64,000 nucleotides of DNA from the human T2T-CHM13v2.0 reference genome, Homo sapiens, in NCBI RefSeq assembly GCF_009914755.1, contig NC_060928.1; one strand, 5' to 3'. The position numbers were made by a program, and so were the translations under genes. The notes beneath the pieces were generated by a model. It ran no database searches and was not told the origin of the DNA. It saw only the letters and a list, made by a program, of their open reading frames with translations. Positions 56,047 through 64,000 of the stretch are shown here, piece after piece; the first letter of the stretch is position 1, and every line of letters starts with the position of its first letter.

Positions 56047-56199
56047 GGTACCAAATCTAAGCCAGGAGAGTTTGGAAGTTTTCCAATAGATGACTTACCA
56101 CTTGAATTTTGGACATTGAGTAAATGCTGGTGAACAGGATAAAAAGAAGCTAGATGAGGTGCAGATAGAAGCAGTGGTTTAAAAAGGTGCATGTTTAAG

Positions 56200-56372
56200 T
56201 CACTGGTTCTCAAGGCATGATCCCTAGACTTTCAACGTCAGCATCACTTGAGAAATTGAGGTGAATACAAATGCCCAAGACGGAATCAGGAACTCTCAGG
56301 GTAGGCCCAGCAATTTTTGTTTTAATAAATCCCCAAGGTGTCTTCTAAGCATGCTAGAGTTTGAGAACAATT
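56200..56372. mobile_element. MER5A hAT MITE
   Basis: ggttctcaa...cagcatcacttgaga...gaatcaggaactctc...ttttaataa...agtttgagaac; inverted ends. Confidence 0.8.
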
Positions 56373-58974
56373 AGTTTGACTTGCTATGATTTAGGTGTGA
56401 TACTCTTTCATCCTAGTCCTACACTGTGATGATGAATGAGTGTGCTACCCTTTAGGTCAGAATAAATAATATTTTAATAAGTGGCATGTGCACCTACCTT
56501 CGAAGGTACTGAGAGTTGATACTATAACCACAGTGGAAAAAAATCAAAACAAAGAAAAAAATGGAACATGTAAGAATAAAGTAAAATATTCTAAGTAAGA
56601 AAAAATAGGGCAGATTATTTTATCAAAAATTATCAGCTTTTAAAATATTAAATGTTGTAATCCATATATTTTAATTCTTCTAATAATGCTATCTTCTGTC
56701 CTACAAAGGATGAAGGTCTGTAGTTAAAAGAAATTATTCATTATTATCTTTCAACTTACACTAATCTGTCTATATCAATGTGACAAGACTCTTTTCATGG
56801 CCTAGTATTAAGACATTCTCCACTAATAAGGTTTTGATTATTTCATTGATTTGTTAGTTGCCTGAGGCCATTCAATAGAAATTCTTATTATTGTGGAGTG
56901 ATAAGCAGGATGTGTTTTAGGTCATATTATTCGTATGAAAAATATTTCCATAAGTGGAAATATTTCCATTAACAGAGTTCTATGTGCTGCTTCTCAAGGT
57001 TAATTGTTTCCTCTGATCTCCAGTTAATATCTATTATTCTTAAACCCAGATATTAGCAAAATGACAGACAGAAAGGGCATTCAATGTCTGGAAGATACTG
57101 ATTGGAGGCTTTGGGTTTTTTTAGACATAGACCAAATAGCATTTAAAAATTAGCTTCAAAAGTTAAAAAACAATTATGATAAATTTTATGATAAGCTCAC
57201 CCCTAGATTTTCTGTCTTTAAATACAAGTCAACAATATTTGATAAGAAAAACATGGCAAAATAAAAATTTATATTTTATTGTGCTGCCATAATTTAACTT
57301 ATTTTTAGATAAATTTAAGAAGAATATGTATTTTTCTACTATTTCATAGGTAAATATGAGCATTAATGCAACATATAACTTAGATAAAAAGTTCACATTT
57401 AGTGCATCAGAATGTATTGCTCAAAGATTTACGGGAAAGCAGTGATGAACGTTAAACTGTACAGGCACCAGAATGAGACACTGCAATAGTGATTAAAGTA
57501 GTATCTGAACCAACAAATGCAAATTGTCAACTCATATTTCTAAGCATCATGATTTCTTTTTAATGCAAAGGCTCTGTGATTCTTTCTACTTCTGGACATT
57601 TTTCACTTTAAAATAGTATGGATTACTGATATATATTACATAAGGTTTTTTTTGTAATTCTATTTCCATAATATTTGTACAACCACATGCCCAGGCATAC
57701 TCCATTTTTCTCCTGTTACAGATGAAGCACTTTCATCCATTATAAAATACATTTAGGGGACTCCGTATACTAGAAAATGGAAGACCAGGAGCTAAGTTTT
57801 AAAAGACAGTATCTTGTGTGATAAACCATGAGGATATTGAAATTTCTTGAAACTTCTAACTGGTATCCAAAAACTTTGGTATGAATGCATTAGCAAAATT
57901 AGCCATTCACTCCTTTAAGAGAGATTTGAAGCTTATCACTAATTCAATTATTTGAACCAAGGAAAACATAGAGTGTGAGAGATAAATGACTGCAATTTTG
58001 CTTTTTAAAATGCACAGGCAGAAGAGATAATATTCTTTGATGCACCATTGACCCTCAGATACAGTCAAGGTGGGTGTCCTCATTCACATAAAGCACAAAA
58101 AATGAGAATCCTGCCAAAGAAAAACAACAATCCTTAGCCTCTTGGCCATGTCATCATTATCTCTCTATTCTATCCAGCATAAAGGCTTTGAGTAAACCAC
58201 AGTGATCAAAATCCATACTCTGAGAATATTATTTTAGGAGACATACAAGTGCAATTCTTTGGTCACTATTTTACAAATAGTTTCTCAGATGACATTAAAT
58301 AAAAGCTATCTCATTGGGCACATACAGTTTGTAATAGAAACAAGCAGAAAAGCAAATCGTAGCTATCTTCAAAGTCACGGCATCATTGCTACAAAATGAT
58401 GCTCAGCCAATTGCATCTTACATCTCTGTGCTGTGAAACTATGCAAACTCAAACAAAAATATCGACACTGAATCATAGTGTGCTTGTTATACAAAACAGA
58501 AAAGTAGTTTTTGGAAGTCCTGTAGCTCTTAAGCACTGCAAAGATTAGGCCTATGCACAAAGAAATTGAGGGAACAGGATAGAATGCCACCTTCAGCCAT
58601 TCTCACGTCTCTGTTGTACATTTTGCTAAATCCACAAACCATCTTGTTATTTTGGCCATGCATGTGTTCCTTCTTTTTCTCCCTGAATATTTTTAATGGG
58701 CCACTTTTTAAACTGACATCAATGTATCTAAAAAAGAAACTTGAAGTTACTACCATAAAAATAAAGCCAGTATCGTGCAATAAAAGAAAATATTAAAAAA
58801 TAGTAATCAAACAAAAAATGTTAGTTATTAAACTTTAGAAAACATTGTGCCTACTCAAGACTCTGATTTTGAGATTTGCTCTAGCTCTGTTAATAAAAAC
58901 AAGCTATTTATCATCTAACTGATAAAGTTTAATACTAATTAACTAGCATGGCTTTCCCCTTCATTGAACTAGAG

Positions 58975-59760
58975 GAAATGACCCAAAAAATCAAAACTAA
59001 AGACTATCTGATTGCAAAATTTCAAAAGACAAGTGATAAGTAAAAGAACAGAAAGTTCTGGTAAAAATAAGCAAATGATATATCAAAAATAGGAAACAGA
59101 AAGTTAGACTACTCAATAGCAACAATGGACCTAGGAGGTGATGGGGCAATGCTTTCTTAATAAGGCATAAGTATTTTCATCCCGGTGTTCGATGTCTAGC
59201 TAAATTCTGAATCAGGAATTCAGAGAGAAAGGTATTTACAAATATGCAAAGGCTTAAGCATGTTTTTTTAACATGCATTCATTTTTAGGAAACCAAGAAA
59301 AAAATAAGAAAATCTTAGACATAGGATCTAGGCTACAGGTTTTTCTACATTAGAAAGCACGGAAGGAAAATTCAGGGTGTCAAATTTGTAGTAAGTCCAG
59401 AAGGCAAACAGCTCATATTTAAGCAGGACAACAAAAGATGATGAGAGAGAACTGACCAGGTAATCAAAGCAAAATAAGCAATTACAGAAATTGATAGATT
59501 ATCTGATATATTTGAGTTTGAAATTGAATATTGATAGATGATTGATATATAAATTGGGTTTCTGAAATAAGGAATTGTTTCCTTAAACACAAGAAATTAT
59601 TTCAAAAGGCAAATTGTAATCCTAGAAACACACAAAAAAATTATATAAGGAAAAAATAATCATCAAAGACCACTTGAATCTACAGTGACTAAAATTATAT
59701 AATCGTAACATAATAAGAATAAAAGCATATTCAATTCAAATTTTGATATATCAATACTAG
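58975..59760 (+). mobile_element. HAL1 / old L1 ORF1-like remnant
   Basis: A-rich strand; ctcaatagcaacaatgga...tggggcaatgctttc...ctagctaaatt resemble the L1-ORF1 C-terminal coding region. Confidence 0.5.
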
Positions 59761-59807
59761 CAGAAATGGCAAAATAAGAGGATGAAAGTATAAGATAGCT
59801 TAATTAT

Positions 59808-59992
59808 ACTTTGGGGACTGCTTGAGGGTGGAGGGTGGTAAGAGGGAGAGGATCAGAAAAAATACCTATAGGGCACTGTGCTTAGTGACAAAATAATCTG
59901 TACATCAAATCCCCGTGATATGAGTTTACCTATGTAACAAACCTTCACAGGCACTTCTGAACCTTAAATAAAAGTTAAAAAAAGGAAAAAAA
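59808..59992 (+). mobile_element. L1PA (about PA13-16) 3' tail fragment
   Basis: gagggtggagggtgg...gaggatcagaaaaaatac...aaaataatctgtaca...tttacctatgtaacaaacct...aataaaagttaaaaaaa. Confidence 0.9.
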
Positions 59993-60708
59993 ATCTTTGA
60001 TAGGAACTAAGTGAGGAAGTAGATATATCTAAAATTAATGTATCAAGAAATAGAGACATAAATATGCTCTATAAAATAACTAGTAAAGGAAAAAGTAACA
60101 ACTAAAAGTAGTAAATTTTGTTGTTCATGGACTGAGATCAGGTTGAAGTAAAAGATATTAAGTAAAAAGAAATTCAAACATTACATATTTGTCTTTGACA
60201 AAAATATAATTCAACTTACAAAGAAAAAATTGCAGTAACAAGGAAATCTGTGTTTCTTGATGTTATTTTCTAGCCCTACCTGTGATAGATACATGAATTG
60301 CATATAATGATTCTTAGTTCTTTTGTAATTACTCTGAGAAAAAGTGGAAAATCATTCATCACCATGAAGAGGTATCTTGTATTGTTGAAATACAAATTTT
60401 TAAGATACCCATAATTATTAGTTATGAGGCTGTGAGCCTAGAAAATAAAATTTACTTTAATAAGAGTTTACCTACAATTCTCATTTTATAGGAAATTTTT
60501 GTTCATCTGTTTAGTATATCTTACCTAATGAACTCTGAGATATTTGAGAGAAAGGAATTTTCATTCTTCTCTGATTCTGATTTCATTCTTCTCTGATTTC
60601 ATTCTCTGATTCTGTAGTGCTGGGAAAATGGTAAGTTGTATTCATATTACCATTACTATGTAATGATAATAACCATGGTAATTACCATGTAATGGTAATA
60701 TGTAATAT

Positions 60709-60844
60709 GTATTGAATACAATACATATTACCATGTATTGTATTCAATACGTATTGAATACAATACATATTACCATGTATTGTATTCAATACGTATTGAA
60801 TACAATACATATTACCATGTATTGTATTCAATATGTATTGAATA
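60709..60844. repeat. 42-bp palindromic tandem repeat, about 3.2 copies
   Basis: Unit gtattgaatacaatacat-attacc-atgtattgtattcaatac at 60709, 60751 and 60793. Confidence 0.95.
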
Positions 60845-60883
60845 TATATTTGAATATATATATTGAATATAAAATATAAAAAT

Positions 60884-61231
<348 letters not shown>

Positions 61232-61344
61232 TAAAAATTTTAAAACTTATATCTGAACTATTTGGTAAAAGGGTTACCTTTTTTTTTTGCCAAAAATTTC
61301 AGAGCTTAGGTCGCAAGTGTCATTAACGCCCCCTTCTTTTTCCC

Positions 61345-62005
61345 TCAATTTGTTATAGTGGTAAAATGCACATTAACATTTACCATCTTAACCATTTTGA
61401 AGATCGCAGTGCAGTGGTATTAAATACATTCGTAATGTTGTGTAACAATCGCCACCATCTATCTCCGTAACTGTTTTCATATTGTCAAACTGAAACTGTG
61501 TACCCAGTAAATGATTATCCCGTCTTCTCTTCTATCTATAGCCCCGAGCAACCTCTGTTCTATTTCCTGTCTCTATAACTTTGACTTCTGTCAGTACCTC
61601 ATGTAATTGGAATTATATAGTACTTTTCTTTTTGTGTCTGTTTTATTTCACTTAGGATAATGTCCTCCAAGTTCATTGATGTCATAGCATATGTCAGCAT
61701 TTCCTTCCTTTTAAAGACTTAATTATGCTCCATTGCATGTATATACCATATTTTGCTGATCCACTCATCTGTTGATGGACACCTGGATTGCTTTCATGTT
61801 TTAGCTATTGCAAATAATGCTACTATGAATATAGGTGTACAAATACCTCTTAGAGACCTTGTTTTCAAAACTTTTGGGTATATACCCAGAAGTGAAATTG
61901 TTGGATCATATGGTAATTGTATTTGTACTTTTCTAAGGAACCGCCACACTGATTTCCATAGTAGCTATACCATTTTACATCCCCACCAACACTGCACAAG
62001 TTTCT
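61345..62005 (-). mobile_element. L1MB-type 3' end
   Basis: gtggtaaaat...tttaccatcttaaccatttt...gttgatggacacctggattg...tatatacccagaagtg...cattttacatccccacc. Confidence 0.9.
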
Positions 62006-63055
62006 GAAAGCAAGGGGGAAACTACCCAATCATTGTATTAACATTTTCATGCTTCCTTCAGCAAAGTATAACACAATTTTGGAGTTTATAAAAAATGTTA
62101 ACTTATTTTAAAATAGCTCATCATTGTACTGGAAAGACTTTTGCTACAATAAGTTAAAATTTATTTGGATAATCACAGCAGTAATCTGGAGAATTAATTA
62201 TGGAACTCTCTGCAGTGACACAATAATTTCCAATTATATTTCAGACCACCGTTTTCATTGAGTGTCTTGTTTGTCTGTATTTCTCCTCATGGATTACTTT
62301 GGAAGTAGTTATTCTTTTAAAATATGCTGTAAGTTTATTCAGAAGGACTATAATTTTAGTACAACTGCTTATGTCAAAAGGTATACTCCAAAAGATGAAA
62401 GCTTGCAGAAAGCATGTAGGCCTGGGGAACATTTCTCTAGTAAAAGGCTTTGTTCCTTTGTTACAATAAATGGTCTTTCTGAACTCAGAGGGATCTGGTT
62501 CCAAGAATTAATGCTGACACTCAAACTTGGATTCCTATTGGACTGAGCAGTAGAAACACTTTAGAAGATCACAGCAACAAAGAAAAAATATACAAAAGCT
62601 AAAACTCAGAACTAACTTAAGGTATTAGAAAACTTTACAAACTCTATCTTAGCATTTACTTTTAAATCAAGAATTAAAAGTGTAAAACATTGGGCTTTTG
62701 GAACAAAAGGGTTTGTTTTAGCATTATACACTGAAAAATAGGAAGTTGGGGTCTCTGATTAACTGGCAAAGAATTGCAACAAATAATAAGAACTCATAAA
62801 GCTAATGCTTTAGTCAATGAAACAATGTAAGTTCTTGTTCACTGAAAGTCATATACTCATAAACCTGTGGAAAGCAGTAAAAGCCATTCTAAGTAAAAGT
62901 CCATATCTATGTTACAAGAACAGCATTTTATCTACTTTGTAAAATATATATTGAAGTCCATAAGAGTTACATGAATTCCTTAGATCCAGAAGTGTTTTAA
63001 AACTCAGCATGTTTTAGTTTTCTCCTTTGATTATAGGAAGATAATATAATATATA

Positions 63056-63397
63056 CAGTTGATCCTCGACTTATGATGAGGTTACCTCCTGATGAACCCA
63101 TTGTAACTTGATAATATACTAAGTCAAATAATATACTTGATAATATACTAAGCCAAAATAAAAGCCAAAAATGCTTTTATTTCTGACAACACACTAGACA
63201 GTCCCCAAGTTATGGTGATTTGACTTAGAAAATTTTTACTTCACCATCGTGCCAAAAGCAATATACATTCATTAAAAACTGTAAACCCATCGTAGGTCAT
63301 AAAAAGCTCCTCAACTTACAATGGAATTATATCCAGATAAACCCATCACAGAGTTGAAAAATTGTAAGTGGAACCATTGTAATTTGGAGACCATCTG
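63056..63397. mobile_element. MER47-family (Tigger-derived) MITE
   Basis: TA|CAGTTG...CATCTG|TA ends; repeated ctcgacttatgatg / aaacccatcgta blocks; small internal duplication near 63107-63150. Confidence 0.85.
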
Positions 63398-64000
63398 TAT
63401 ATCTTAAACGACATCATTCACAGAGTTTGACTGAGAATCCCATAATCAAACATATGTATATTTTTAGAAGCTAAATATACAGGTATTCTCAAACATGTAA
63501 TTCTGATGTTTTAGTCCTAAATGTCTTGGTGTTTGAAAATATAAACAGAGAAATAGATATCTAGAGAAAAAGTACTACTTAATATACTAGGCAATTTAAA
63601 AACATGTATCAAGAAAGATATATGCATAGGGAAAATATATGGGACATGATGCTCATAGAAATGAGCAAGAGGTATTCATAAATTTAGAGAGTGGTTGGTC
63701 CTTGCAGAGATGTCAGAGACTATAGAAAAAGTACTTCTTTTTTGGGGGGGGCTGAAAACATTGAAGCTCAGAGGTATTGTAAGACTTTACTGATATAATC
63801 CTAAGGCAAGATGATGTTGTAAGATCACTAGAGTCATTATTAAAATTACTCAGTCCTGTTTACATGACCAGAGATATGTTCTATTTCTCACTTTAATAGA
63901 TGAATACCTCTAAAGGGAAAAACAAGATCACTAAACGTTTCTCACTTCCTACCTAATTTAGTTATTTTATTTGTCCTAGAATCTACAGTCGCTTTATTCA

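Noticed and set aside
60709-60844. CRISPR-like array of palindromic repeats
   Set aside because: Units are contiguous with identical loops, there are no unique spacers or cas genes, and the context is primate DNA.

Overview
AT-rich, CpG-depleted primate (human-like) nuclear DNA from an intergenic or deep-intronic region. I find no protein-coding gene, operon, CRISPR array or structural RNA gene; the long ORFs in the track mostly come from Alu, L1, L2, Tigger1 or LTR sequence, and the rest match no host protein I recognise. The window is a mosaic of old and younger repeats: about 13 Alus plus one free Alu monomer, a 7SL retrocopy, about 13 solo LTRs (MaLR, ERVL and seven ERV1 MER31/34/39/67-type copies between 8.5 and 27.8 kb), a near full-length dead Tigger1, MITEs, L1/L2/MIR/HAL1 fragments and microsatellites. 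Subfamily names come from my recall of consensus sequences and old-repeat boundaries are approximate. The most notable unexplained structures are three short non-tandem direct duplications 1.1-1.4 kb apart, a 42-bp palindromic tandem array at 60.7 kb, a perfect 28-bp palindrome, a MER5A/Alu deletion junction, a strong CTCF motif, and two ORFs that look like fossils of CR1- and RTE-type LINE proteins. I cannot support a claim of a new biological system.
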